From IMG/VR virus record IMGVR_UViG_3300047491_001507: a stretch of 42,384 nucleotides of DNA; one strand, written 5' to 3'. The DNA comes from a virus. How positions within the stretch are numbered: position 1 is the first letter of the stretch; each line of letters begins with the position of its first letter. The translations under genes were made by a program, and so were the position numbers. The notes under the pieces are model-generated. The model ran no database searches and was not told the origin of the DNA. It worked only from the letters and a program-made list of their open reading frames with translations. Of the stretch, positions 26,040-35,079 are shown one piece after another.

Positions 26040-26490
26040 CTTTTTCTACTTTCTTAAAATCAACCGAAATTCTTCCTGTCATTCCCTGAACTGTAACAAT
26101 ACCTCTTCTTTCTTCCTGCATTATCACAATTGTATTATCTTCGCATCTTCCATTAGGATAAAAAATGATTTTAGGATTATCACTTATATCAAATTTCAAT
26201 TCATAAGGCAATTTCTTCTCTTCGTCATCAAAATAATAAACAGAAGTTTCTGGTTTGTATTTGAAAATAACCTGTTTACCTTTAGACTTCGACAGTAACT
26301 GATAGTGTTTCAGATCATTTCTTAAATTTTTAACTGCAATTTGCAGATTGGATTTGGTAATATCTTTTAATACGAATGGCAATGCCATACCTACCATAAA
26401 TACAATAATGGCAAGTACTAACATCATTTCTACAAGTGTGAATGCTTTATTTCGTGTATTCAACAACATTAAACAACTCATGTTCTTCAA
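25978..26490 (-). CDS. Type IV prepilin / pseudopilin-like protein.
   Basis: Class III signal peptide MKNMSCLMLLNTRNKA|FTLVEMMLVLAIIVFMVG: a basic leader, Ala at -1, Phe at +1, Glu at +5 and a hydrophobic helix. Confidence 0.55.
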   Translation of the reverse strand: MKNMSCLMLLNTRNKAFTLVEMMLVLAIIVFMVGMALPFVLKDITKSNLQIAVKNLRNDLKHYQLLSKSKGKQVIFKYKPETSVYYFDDEEKKLPYELKFDISDNPKIIFYPNGRCEDNTIVIMQEERRGIVTVQGMTGRISVDFKKVEKDEQQICEEEPIESSVGQIAP

Positions 26491-26914
26491 GTAGATTGGA
26501 TTTCCAACCTAATTTATATAGATCAGGAAAGAATGTATCTCCATCGTAAGATGCCTTAACTTCTGAAGCAATTACTTTATCTACCAAATTCTGTTTCAAA
26601 GCTTCACGATAAATCCTGCCACCACCAATGATGAAATAATTTCTCCTACCATCCATCAAATCACAAAAAGTAATCGCATGTTCCAATGAATTCACTACTC
26701 TTCCTAGAGACGGCAATTTTCTAGAAACAACTACATTTAGACGATTAGGCAAAGGTTTTACTGGCAGGCTTTCCCAAGTGACTCTTCCCATAATTAGAGG
26801 GGAATTCCCTGTAATCTTTTTGAAATGTTTCAAATCCTCTGGAATATGCCAGGGAATCTGTCCATCTTTACCAATAACGAAATTCTTTGAATAAGCCACA
26901 ATAATTGTAATCAT
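26447..26914 (-). CDS. folA: Dihydrofolate reductase.
   Basis: MITIIVAYSKNFVIGKDGQIPWHIPEDLKHFK and MGRVTWESLP match the DHFR signature. Start reassigned to ATG 26914 (155 aa). Confidence 0.8.
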   Translation of the reverse strand: MITIIVAYSKNFVIGKDGQIPWHIPEDLKHFKKITGNSPLIMGRVTWESLPVKPLPNRLNVVVSRKLPSLGRVVNSLEHAITFCDLMDGRRNYFIIGGGRIYREALKQNLVDKVIASEVKASYDGDTFFPDLYKLGWKSNLLEEHELFNVVEYTK

Positions 26915-26933
26915 CCTAAACTCTTTTATAATA

Positions 26934-27581
26934 ATGATTAGCGAAACAGGACACAATTTATCAATATTAATAGTAACTGAACCAGAGAAAGACTGGGAAA
27001 CTTTTGGAACATGGTATTCCATTTACAAAAATCTCCCAGATGCTCAAATTGTGTTAGCGTGTCAAAGAAATAACAAAACTCCATTTGTGTTATTTCAATG
27101 GACAAAAAAACTTCGCATTCCCATTGTGCATCATAACAAACTTACTAAAGACGACACAATAGCAAATACTTTAGATTCAGCTAGGAAATTACGCAAATCA
27201 ATTAAAAACAAAGACTTAATGATTGTTTTTCCACTAACCATGGTGCTGGATACACCTGACTTGGAAGTATTTTCGAAATCATGGATTAATCAACATGCTT
27301 GGTTTTTGCAAGACAATGATATCGATATTTTATTAGATCAACATTTTTTAATAGGCGATCAGTGGGAATATGACGAGCAAATTTGCCCACAAGCTAAAGA
27401 ATCTGAAGATTTGTCATGGTTGATTAATTATAGCAAAGGTTGTGGAAGATGGATACATACTTTAAGGGGATGCCCATTTTCAAATGCATTGGGTCTTGTC
27501 AATGCACCGATGACGGTGAATGAGACTCGGGTATTTGAGATGTGGCAAAAATTATGTCCATTATATAATGCGTTAACATAA
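26934..27581 (+). CDS. Hypothetical protein (215 aa).
   Basis: Long ORF. Its start is only 19 nt from the divergent DHFR start. Confidence 0.5.
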   Translation: MISETGHNLSILIVTEPEKDWETFGTWYSIYKNLPDAQIVLACQRNNKTPFVLFQWTKKLRIPIVHHNKLTKDDTIANTLDSARKLRKSIKNKDLMIVFPLTMVLDTPDLEVFSKSWINQHAWFLQDNDIDILLDQHFLIGDQWEYDEQICPQAKESEDLSWLINYSKGCGRWIHTLRGCPFSNALGLVNAPMTVNETRVFEMWQKLCPLYNALT

Positions 27582-27592
27582 AGAGGTTCAAT

Positions 27593-27925
27593 ATGAAGAG
27601 ATTTTATGATTACGATCCATATGATTCAGAAAATGATAAGAACGAATTTGAATTTGACGACAACGAAGAAATGGACGAAGACGAAGGTGAAATCAGATAT
27701 ATTGAACCGGACCAGCTTCTGGAAGCATTACACATGAACATGTCTCAGATCAATCCTGATTCAGATCTAATGAATACAGCCGTGCAAATTGCCGAAAATA
27801 GCTTCTTATGGAGATTTAGAAGTTCTGATTATAAACTTAAAGAAATTGAGAAAATTTTCAAGAAATTAACTCAAATTACAGAGGATGTGGAATTTTACAA
27901 TGATCCACCTCCTGAAGACAATTAA
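27593..27925 (+). CDS. Acidic hypothetical protein (110 aa).
   Basis: AAGAGG RBS. Confidence 0.5.
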   Translation: MKRFYDYDPYDSENDKNEFEFDDNEEMDEDEGEIRYIEPDQLLEALHMNMSQINPDSDLMNTAVQIAENSFLWRFRSSDYKLKEIEKIFKKLTQITEDVEFYNDPPPEDN

Positions 27926-27935
27926 GGAGAATACT

Positions 27936-28244
27936 TTGCCAATTTATGAATTTGTATGCAAAAATTGTGACCAACAATATGACGAAATAACCAGTTTTGA
28001 CCCTACAGGAAAATACAAATCTGTTAAATGTCCTCATTGTAAGTCTAAAAAGAAAGAAAAACTAGTTTCTGCTTGTGGATTTGCCTTTGCCGATCCAGTA
28101 GGAACTGGAAAATGGAACAATGAAAGCACAGGACACGACTATAGATTTAAACATAACATCCCTAAAGTCAAAAAAGAAAGAGAAACAGCAGAAAAGCTCT
28201 CTCATATGGGTCCAAATCCTTATAATACAATTAATGATTTGTGA
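27936..28244 (+). CDS. FmdB-family zinc-ribbon protein (TTG start inferred).
   Basis: (M)PIYEFVCKNCDQQYDE...CPHCKS matches the FmdB MPIYEYxCxxCG signature. AAGGAG lies 6 nt upstream of the TTG at 27936. Paralogue at 38859..39050. Confidence 0.55.
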   Translation: MPIYEFVCKNCDQQYDEITSFDPTGKYKSVKCPHCKSKKKEKLVSACGFAFADPVGTGKWNNESTGHDYRFKHNIPKVKKERETAEKLSHMGPNPYNTINDL

Positions 28245-28265
28245 AATTAAAGAATATATATTTTC

Positions 28266-29198
28266 ATGAAATTTCGACAATTCATTGAAGCATCTTATGG
28301 AGCAAAAGATATTCCTGATAAATATTTTTTGGCTTTCAATCTTCGTCCCGATACATTTCAACAATTATCAGGTCTTCAATTGCCAGGAATAGAAGGGGTT
28401 AGTAGTAGCGAACAAATTATTAGCAGTTTTTTCAGCCAATACGGAGCAAAATTACTACTAGCCATGAATGGAGTTCAATTCGAATCCATCAATAAAATAT
28501 CAAGAATTCAATACAACAACCCAGAGTATATGGTAAGTAATAATTTAAGAGTATTACTTCGACTCTGGAATTATAGCCAAAACCTTGATGATCACCAGAG
28601 TAATGTTCGATATTCATTCTTTGACTGCATTCGGAAAGTATTTTTTGATTTTTCTAAAACAAATCAAGGAAATATGGAATTCCAACACAAATGCTTTGAA
28701 ATCCATAATTACATACAAAATGATAAAAATTCCTCAAACAGCATGGCATCCAATTTTGCCCCACTGACAAACATCAGAAATACTTGGGATTTAGCCAGAT
28801 GGTTACAACAGGGAATAATTCAAATCTGTAATATCAACCTGACCTTAGAAGAATCACACAAAGTCGTTGTTCGTGCCTTAATCGAAAATGGAGAAACTTT
28901 TCAAGGCGAAAAAGAATGGTTGATTAAAAACAAGATACTAAAAATACCAAAAGGATCAGAATTGTATATTCTTGTTCCATCTATTAATACCAATCCAATA
29001 TATGCCAGTCTTCAAGCCAGAGACTTGGAAGAAATAAATTCAATCAAAAATGGCATTAGTAACTTCGGCTTAGATACAATATACAATATAAGATTTGTAG
29101 ATCAAGAACGTTATGGCATGGTAAAAAGCGGAATCACCTACCAAACTCTTAAGTCTATTTCTAAAAGCACTCTTTCTCAAGAAGCTGAAGCAGCTTAA
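28266..29198 (+). CDS. Hypothetical protein. Member of a tandem paralogue pair.
   Basis: Shares N-terminal, RIQYNNPEY, LLRLW and TWDLARWLQ blocks with 29210..30208. Confidence 0.6.
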   Translation: MKFRQFIEASYGAKDIPDKYFLAFNLRPDTFQQLSGLQLPGIEGVSSSEQIISSFFSQYGAKLLLAMNGVQFESINKISRIQYNNPEYMVSNNLRVLLRLWNYSQNLDDHQSNVRYSFFDCIRKVFFDFSKTNQGNMEFQHKCFEIHNYIQNDKNSSNSMASNFAPLTNIRNTWDLARWLQQGIIQICNINLTLEESHKVVVRALIENGETFQGEKEWLIKNKILKIPKGSELYILVPSINTNPIYASLQARDLEEINSIKNGISNFGLDTIYNIRFVDQERYGMVKSGITYQTLKSISKSTLSQEAEAA

Positions 29199-29209
29199 TA
29201 TATAATTGC

Positions 29210-30208
29210 ATGAGATTTGGTAAATTCGTAGAATCATCTTATACTCCAGACGATGTGCCCGACAAATACTTTGTTGCTGGCAGTTTCTCTAAATATCACC
29301 CAGATGTACCAAAGCAATTAGCAAATTTAGAGTTATCTGGAATGTCAGGAGTAAGCAGTAGTGAAAATATCATTCGTGATTTCTTCGGAGTTGCCAGAGA
29401 AATGCTATTGGTTATGGATGGTTACCATTTCGAAAAATTGAACAAATTATCCAGAGTTCAATACAACAATCCAGAATACCTGACTAATAATAATCTCAAC
29501 GCCTTACTTAGACTCTGGAGCCATAAACCTGAAGAGTTTAAATCAAATTGGGACTCAATTAGAACAAAACTTAGCTCATATCTCCGTAATGCAGCAGAAA
29601 GTTTAACAAAAAAAGAACCGCCAGATAGTTATGGTTTTCCATCCAGATATGCTTATGACAGACTGACTGACTTTCAGAAGAAGTGTGCGGCCATTTATAA
29701 TGGGTTTAATTACGATGGAGGAAGAGATTTTCCCCAGCCAAATAAGATTAAAAACACCTGGGATTTCGCAAGATGGCTGCAAAAAGGAGCTTCTCAAGAT
29801 CAATCTCATTGGAAGATTGATCTTACTCTAGAAGAAGCCCACCAAATTATTGTTGCTATGTTGAAAAAAATAGGAGAAACCTATTCAGATGAATTTGAAT
29901 GGCGAGTCAAAAATAAAACGACAAAAATTCCTCAAGGATCAGAACTTTATCTTCTCGTACCTTCTATTGATCAAAAGACCTGGAGCAATTACATACAAAA
30001 CAAACTAAATTCCTTAGAAAAATGGGGTCTAGAAGGAACTGTAGAATCCATGAGTTTTATTCTTGATTCAATTAACCGATACAAATTGAATAGATTGTAC
30101 AACTTAAGCTTTATTCAAGAAAAGAAATTCAAACAAATTGGACATGGCCACATCAGCTATCAGCAAGTTCAATCTCTAGCTACAACCAATCCTTTTGAGA
30201 CTGCTTAA
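29210..30208 (+). CDS. Hypothetical protein. Member of a tandem paralogue pair.
   Basis: Paralogue of 28266..29198. Confidence 0.6.
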   Translation: MRFGKFVESSYTPDDVPDKYFVAGSFSKYHPDVPKQLANLELSGMSGVSSSENIIRDFFGVAREMLLVMDGYHFEKLNKLSRVQYNNPEYLTNNNLNALLRLWSHKPEEFKSNWDSIRTKLSSYLRNAAESLTKKEPPDSYGFPSRYAYDRLTDFQKKCAAIYNGFNYDGGRDFPQPNKIKNTWDFARWLQKGASQDQSHWKIDLTLEEAHQIIVAMLKKIGETYSDEFEWRVKNKTTKIPQGSELYLLVPSIDQKTWSNYIQNKLNSLEKWGLEGTVESMSFILDSINRYKLNRLYNLSFIQEKKFKQIGHGHISYQQVQSLATTNPFETA

Positions 30209-30353
30209 CCTTTTTTGGCTTTCTTTTGTTATAATTCATCAGAACAACTGGTTCTGGCCAAGTTCTGGTTTGCATGGACATAGTCGGTCTGGCAAAACTA
30301 GCAACACAAGAGCTATCTGTCATTTCTTTAGCAAGCCACTCTTTAAATTTCAT
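30180..30353 (-). CDS. Possible small protein (57 aa) below the ORF-track cutoff, TAATG-coupled to the gene upstream.
   Basis: Translated by hand: MKFKEWLAKEMTDSSCVASFARPTMSMQTRTWPEPVVLMNYNKRKPKKVKQSQKDWL. It fills the convergent gap. Confidence 0.3.
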   Translation of the reverse strand: MKFKEWLAKEMTDSSCVASFARPTMSMQTRTWPEPVVLMNYNKRKPKKVKQSQKDWL

Positions 30354-30832
30354 TACATACCTCCTAAAGGAGGCATGGGGCCAGTTTGTGGCGTTTGATA
30401 GCCGCCAGCTATAATTTCCGCTAATTTATCTTCTGACATTGGTATGATTTCGTCTTTCATCTTTCCTTTGTACGTTTTGTAAACATATTTTCCATTAATT
30501 TTGTTCCGATAAAAAAAAGATCCTGACGGCATTTCGCTCAATAAAAATTTAACCAAATAAATACCTTCTGTGTGTGGATCAGGTTTAAATGTGACCGGTA
30601 TGGGAGGTTTTACCCAAACACCATTGAATTCTTTGTCAATATATGCTGGTTTAACATCTAATCCCATCGAATCATCAAAGTCATCATCTTCAATGTTCAT
30701 ATTCATTTTCAACATCTTAAAATGATGTTTGTTGGTTTTATCGGAACCTAAAGAATTAGGAGCCTCGGGGGATTCAGGAATTCCCATTGGAGGTGCTGCT
30801 TCTTGTTCCATAAATTTACGAAAACTAATCAT
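30353..30832 (-). CDS. Hypothetical protein (159 aa).
   Basis: ORF. Confidence 0.5.
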   Translation of the reverse strand: MISFRKFMEQEAAPPMGIPESPEAPNSLGSDKTNKHHFKMLKMNMNIEDDDFDDSMGLDVKPAYIDKEFNGVWVKPPIPVTFKPDPHTEGIYLVKFLLSEMPSGSFFYRNKINGKYVYKTYKGKMKDEIIPMSEDKLAEIIAGGYQTPQTGPMPPLGGM

Positions 30833-30878
30833 ACTACATCTATATATGTTAAGAACGAAAATATAAAAGAGGTGTTCT

Positions 30879-31289
30879 TTGAATTCTCCAGGTTTTTCTA
30901 AATTTAGAGAATTAATGGATATTTGGGACGAATATCTAATAATTCAAGAATCAGAAGATCAAATTGCCGCCATGATTGATACAGCGGATTTTGTTTTCTT
31001 TTTCACCAAAGATGCTAATATATTTGGAGCAGGAGAAGAAAGTCGTATGGTATTTGCACAAATGAAGAAGCCAAACGATGATTTGCCAAAAAACTGGGAT
31101 GAAGATGCAAGTTTCTCCGCAGAGAATTTAGAAAAAATGGCCAAAGGTGAGCCTTCAACTCACATATTTAGCAACAATGATCTTGATAAGATTAAAATCA
31201 TTGACAGAGAAGAGGCGATTCAAAAATTGACGAAAGTTGTAAAGGGCGATATTAAAGCCGTTGTCAAAACTCACTCTGAAGAAGTTTAA
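30879..31289 (+). CDS. Hypothetical acidic protein (136 aa).
   Basis: ORF. Confidence 0.5.
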   Translation: MNSPGFSKFRELMDIWDEYLIIQESEDQIAAMIDTADFVFFFTKDANIFGAGEESRMVFAQMKKPNDDLPKNWDEDASFSAENLEKMAKGEPSTHIFSNNDLDKIKIIDREEAIQKLTKVVKGDIKAVVKTHSEEV

Positions 31290-31340
31290 TATTTTTACAA
31301 CAAAACATATATAATATAGAATTAAATTTTTGGAGGCATT

Positions 31341-31721
31341 GTGGCAGGTTTGCTTGAACTCCAGGATCTTTATAATGAAGCTCTAGTACGTGAAATTATA
31401 GAAAAAACTAACGCCGCAGGATTAACCTGGGAACATTTAGGCGGCACACAATTTAAAGCCACTGAAGAAGTCAGTGGAGTTACTTACGATTTCTACATCA
31501 CCAAAACACAAATTGGAAATCTTAGCTACAGATATAATTTAGATATTAAGAAAGATTCAGTAACCAGCGTGACACTTGTTGATGGGCCACTGCCTTCCAC
31601 TGATAGAGAAAGTCAAGTTAAAGAATTGTACGAAATTGTTGAAATCATGGTGTTAGAATTAGACAAAAAGCTAAAAGAAACCCTTCAATTTGTACAAGAT
31701 TTAGAAGATGCCAGAGGGTGA
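31341..31721 (+). CDS. Hypothetical protein (GTG start, GGAGG RBS).
   Basis: GGAGG sits 4 nt before the GTG. Confidence 0.45.
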   Translation: MAGLLELQDLYNEALVREIIEKTNAAGLTWEHLGGTQFKATEEVSGVTYDFYITKTQIGNLSYRYNLDIKKDSVTSVTLVDGPLPSTDRESQVKELYEIVEIMVLELDKKLKETLQFVQDLEDARG

Positions 31722-32394
31722 TAATATGTCTCGGCTTTTTGAGGACGCAGGATCGAGCAAAGCCAGAAAATGGCAATGTTTCTGCTGCGGCAAAACTTAT
31801 ACTTGCCACGAAGAATTCAAAAGTCATATTCTTGAAGTACACGAAGAAGGTCGAGAATATATACTTTGTCCAGTAGAATCTTGCAATTGCCCCGTCAGAG
31901 ATCTTAAAAGTCATTTCAAATTAAAACATCCTAATCGTGTGATGCCCAAAAATCTACAAACCAAAGCAGCAGTTTGGAAAGACTTTAAGCCCAATGGCAC
32001 AAAGAAAAGCACCAGAAAACCCAACTTTAAATCAGGAGTTTTCGTCTCCAAAAAAAGCAACAAAGAATTAAAGTATCGTTCTGGAATGGAAAAGGATTTT
32101 TACAATTTGCTAGAAAACGACCAAGATGTAGCCTCTTTCGCCGCAGAACCATTTAAAGTGCCTTATTATCATGCTGGAAAATGGCACGATTACACTCCTG
32201 ATATTCGAATTGACTATATTAACGGCGATACAGAGATTTGGGAGGTCAAGCCTGCCAATCAGACCCATTATGAACAAAATCGTGCCAAATGGGCAGCGAT
32301 GAATAATTACGCTCAGAATATGGGTTGGCAATTCGTAGTACAAACCGAAGTTGGCTTAGGAAAACTAAAAACTAAAGTCAACCGACAGGGCTAA
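31708..32394 (+). CDS. C2H2 zinc-finger N-domain fused to a TnsA-like PD-(D/E)xK nuclease domain.
   Basis: N-terminus: CFCCGKTYTCHEEFKSHILEVH and CPVESCNCPV...LKSHFKLKH. C-terminus: YTPDIRIDY...EIWEVKP (PD...E-V-K). Confidence 0.5.
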   Translation: MPEGDNMSRLFEDAGSSKARKWQCFCCGKTYTCHEEFKSHILEVHEEGREYILCPVESCNCPVRDLKSHFKLKHPNRVMPKNLQTKAAVWKDFKPNGTKKSTRKPNFKSGVFVSKKSNKELKYRSGMEKDFYNLLENDQDVASFAAEPFKVPYYHAGKWHDYTPDIRIDYINGDTEIWEVKPANQTHYEQNRAKWAAMNNYAQNMGWQFVVQTEVGLGKLKTKVNRQG

Positions 32395-32397
32395 TAA

Positions 32398-32859
32398 TTA
32401 CATTCGCCAAGATCCATTTCCAAGCCATGCATAACTACGTTGATATGTATCAACATCCACTTTTGCCTTACAAGCAATAATCTTTCGTAAAAGATGTTTC
32501 ACCAATGAACGAGCTTCTGTCACATCACAGTTTGATTGATCGAGTTCTTCCTTTAATTGCTCAATCTCCTGTTGCAGTTTGGCCTCTTGTATTTTAATAA
32601 AATCAGCTTCACTCTGAGGAAATGGGTCGCCATCCTTCCAACCATCAAGTCGAAAATCAGAAAGAATATGGAGACGAGCTACCTCTGCCGCCTCATCTCC
32701 ATACATTTGCTTTACCAACGCAATTCCATTTTCATGATGAAGCCTGTGTCTATGTTTCTTGCCAAAACTATCATAGAATTGATCTAAAAGAACATGAACC
32801 TCTGTCCAAGGTTTGCCAAAAACTTTAATACTTTCTTCTTCGTGTCCTTTGACATCCAT
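32398..32859 (-). CDS. Hypothetical protein (His-rich motif KKHRHRLHHENG).
   Basis: ORF. Confidence 0.45.
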   Translation of the reverse strand: MDVKGHEEESIKVFGKPWTEVHVLLDQFYDSFGKKHRHRLHHENGIALVKQMYGDEAAEVARLHILSDFRLDGWKDGDPFPQSEADFIKIQEAKLQQEIEQLKEELDQSNCDVTEARSLVKHLLRKIIACKAKVDVDTYQRSYAWLGNGSWRM

Positions 32860-32863
32860 TTTA

Positions 32864-33052
32864 CTAATCTCTATGATCGCCTCGTGGATCGTTCTGTCCT
32901 TCTGTACCGAAAAAATCGTTACTTAAAAGTTCGTCTAACATCATGTTGAATACTTTGGCAGCTTCTTTTTCAAGTTCTTTGTCTTGACCTATATATTCCA
33001 TGAGCTTATTCCAAACCTGATTCATGGATTTTACTGTTTTAGGCTTTTTCAT
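32864..33052 (-). CDS. Small hypothetical protein.
   Basis: ORF coupled to its neighbours. Confidence 0.35.
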   Translation of the reverse strand: MKKPKTVKSMNQVWNKLMEYIGQDKELEKEAAKVFNMMLDELLSNDFFGTEGQNDPRGDHRD

Positions 33053-33234
33053 GCTATTTTCTCCACCAATCTAGAAGCAATTTTAGCACATTCAACAATC
33101 TGATCTTTGCACAAACATTCATCATTACGCCCGTAATTTTTTTTAAATTTTTCTTCCACCACTTCAACCAAATCTTGGAATACTGTTTCCCAGACCGAAA
33201 ATACCTGTTGTCTTCTGTCATCTGTATGACTCAT
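33049..33234 (-). CDS. Small hypothetical protein (start reassigned to MSHTDD).
   Basis: GAGGTG RBS. ATGA overlap with the upstream gene. Confidence 0.35.
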   Translation of the reverse strand: MSHTDDRRQQVFSVWETVFQDLVEVVEEKFKKNYGRNDECLCKDQIVECAKIASRLVEKIA

Positions 33235-33521
33235 GATTTCACCTCTATGGTATACCAACCAAATCCACTCTCAACAGGACGAATAATTATCTCTTTTTTA
33301 TCTCCATTGCCAACAAAAATTGAATCACAAAGTGCCTTGGCAATCGCATCGCCTAATTCTTTTGCATGTTCACCAATAGTTGTTGGTACATGTGTTCTCA
33401 GGTCTTTTATTGGCTCTAATTCTACTTCCAACTGAACATTCAACTTGCGATAAAGGCTACGATCTTCTTCACGCAAAATAGCATCACTAATCAAAACTTC
33501 TTTTACAGTAAAAACACTCAT
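33231..33521 (-). CDS. Hypothetical protein (start reassigned to MSVFTV).
   Basis: Perfect AAGGAG lies 7 nt upstream of ATG 33521. Confidence 0.5.
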   Translation of the reverse strand: MSVFTVKEVLISDAILREEDRSLYRKLNVQLEVELEPIKDLRTHVPTTIGEHAKELGDAIAKALCDSIFVGNGDKKEIIIRPVESGFGWYTIEVKS

Positions 33522-33641
33522 TTTTATCTCCTTTTCTAATTCTTTTTTTTCATGAACCAATAAATCAACGAATGAACAAGCTCATAAAAAACAATAATTG
33601 ACATTATTGTAACAAAATTTGTAAAAAAACCTTCCATAAGT

Positions 33642-34217
33642 TTACCATTTATCCCTTTGCTGTGGCTCACAGTCTGTTCCTGCCCAAATCTTTTCAACTC
33701 CAGTCTCGCCAAACCGTACACCTGAATAAAAGGGCTTTATTGCATTATCCAGAAATTCTTTAAATCTTTTGAATTCCTCAAATGCCATGTAAAGCACTGA
33801 AACTTCTCCAGTGGGAATTCCGTATATAAAGTGATATGTAGTCAAAATTACTTTATCATCAAATTGACACTTGAATGCTTGAAAAAGTCTATCAAAACCA
33901 AAATCAAACATGCAACGATCTGTATGAAAATCCTCATAAAAAGGCTTATAACATTTATCCCTTGGTTGTAGTTCTGCCGTGGGATAAAGCTCTAGCGTTT
34001 TCTGTATCCATTCAGGAGCCAGATTAATGTAACAGTCCTTATATAGATTATCGATATTGCCCAAGGGTCCAATTTCTTGTTCTACATCAAACTTTATAGA
34101 ATAATGACCACTAGAAACCCAATCAACAACAAATTCTGTTTTATATGACTTAATATTAAGTAAAGATCTGCAAAAAAGCTCTGTCTGAAATGTCCCCACA
34201 CGTTCACATATTGTCAT
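33642..34217 (-). CDS. Hypothetical protein (191 aa).
   Basis: ORF. Confidence 0.5.
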   Translation of the reverse strand: MTICERVGTFQTELFCRSLLNIKSYKTEFVVDWVSSGHYSIKFDVEQEIGPLGNIDNLYKDCYINLAPEWIQKTLELYPTAELQPRDKCYKPFYEDFHTDRCMFDFGFDRLFQAFKCQFDDKVILTTYHFIYGIPTGEVSVLYMAFEEFKRFKEFLDNAIKPFYSGVRFGETGVEKIWAGTDCEPQQRDKW

Positions 34218-34446
34218 TTATTTCTCCTAATTTTTTCCACTTTACTGGACCACCACCACATTGAACACAAGGCTGATTCAAAGGGGAATATTTGCTCTTT
34301 TCCTGCTTCTTCATTGTGCCATGTTTATTCCAAGCCTTCCAAAAGGTATTTTCATAATCGCACTCTGTACACCAATATGTGTATGCATCACCGACACCGA
34401 TCTTAATCGGTTCGCCATTAGAATCTTTAGGATTCTTTTCTTTCAT
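34204..34446 (-). CDS. Small zinc-ribbon protein. Paralogue of 36056..36250.
   Basis: YTYWCTECDYE...CVQCGGGPVKW compared with YTFWCAECGYE...CTQCGGGPLIKA. Confidence 0.5.
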   Translation of the reverse strand: MKEKNPKDSNGEPIKIGVGDAYTYWCTECDYENTFWKAWNKHGTMKKQEKSKYSPLNQPCVQCGGGPVKWKKLGEINDNM

Positions 34447-34576
34447 TTTGTTTTATCCTTTTTTTCAACAGAGTGTTTTCATCAAACAACCTTTTGTTGG
34501 ATTTTTCTAAATTACTGATAATATTTCGCAAAATCTCTAATTTGCGGTCTTTATCGTGAAAATGCATTGGTAACAT
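34427..34576 (-). CDS. Possible small basic protein (49 aa), TAATG-coupled. Below the ORF-track cutoff.
   Basis: Translated by hand: MLPMHFHDKDRKLEILRNIISNLEKSNKRLFDENTLLKKRIKQNERKES. It fills a 129-nt gap. Confidence 0.3.
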   Translation of the reverse strand: MLPMHFHDKDRKLEILRNIISNLEKSNKRLFDENTLLKKRIKQNERKES

Positions 34577-35079
34577 TATACCTCTTTTAGTTTTTCCTCT
34601 AATTCTACATAAGACATTGTCTCGCTATAAAGTATTAAATTGGGATGATTTCTGCAATATATTTTTGAGACATCAAATAAAATCGAACCACAATCGTCTC
34701 TTGGACCTGGGTTGTAATGTTCTTCTAATGGCTTATATCCTCCATGGAGTTCTGCACCCCAAACCCTATGGCAAGGACAATAATGTTCGCTATAAAAATA
34801 ATGCTGCAATGTCCAGGCATCATGCTCTTTATATTCTTCGTCTAATACAATAGATTTTGATAATTCGTAAGCTGGAGGCAACTCATCTAGATATCGTACC
34901 TCAGGAATACGCCTAAGAATCAATTCAACTTGAAAAGTTTCATCTCCATATTTAAGCAAACTAGGCGGCAGATTTTCATCCATGAACTGTTTGTTGAAAA
35001 TCAAAAAGAAACAGCCACGAGAATGTTCTACATAATGACTTTGCCAAGATGCATGCTCTGGATAATCAAAGTACTTCAT
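34576..35079 (-). CDS. Hypothetical protein (167 aa).
   Basis: ORF. Confidence 0.5.
   Translation of the reverse strand: MKYFDYPEHASWQSHYVEHSRGCFFLIFNKQFMDENLPPSLLKYGDETFQVELILRRIPEVRYLDELPPAYELSKSIVLDEEYKEHDAWTLQHYFYSEHYCPCHRVWGAELHGGYKPLEEHYNPGPRDDCGSILFDVSKIYCRNHPNLILYSETMSYVELEEKLKEV

Noticed and set aside
33536-33721. ORF 33536..33721, and 3596..3829, 5713..5976 and 32557..32828 as genes.
   Set aside because: They overlap better-supported genes or a promoter-like intergenic region (a TTGACA box at 33598) in the wrong orientation, with no RBS.
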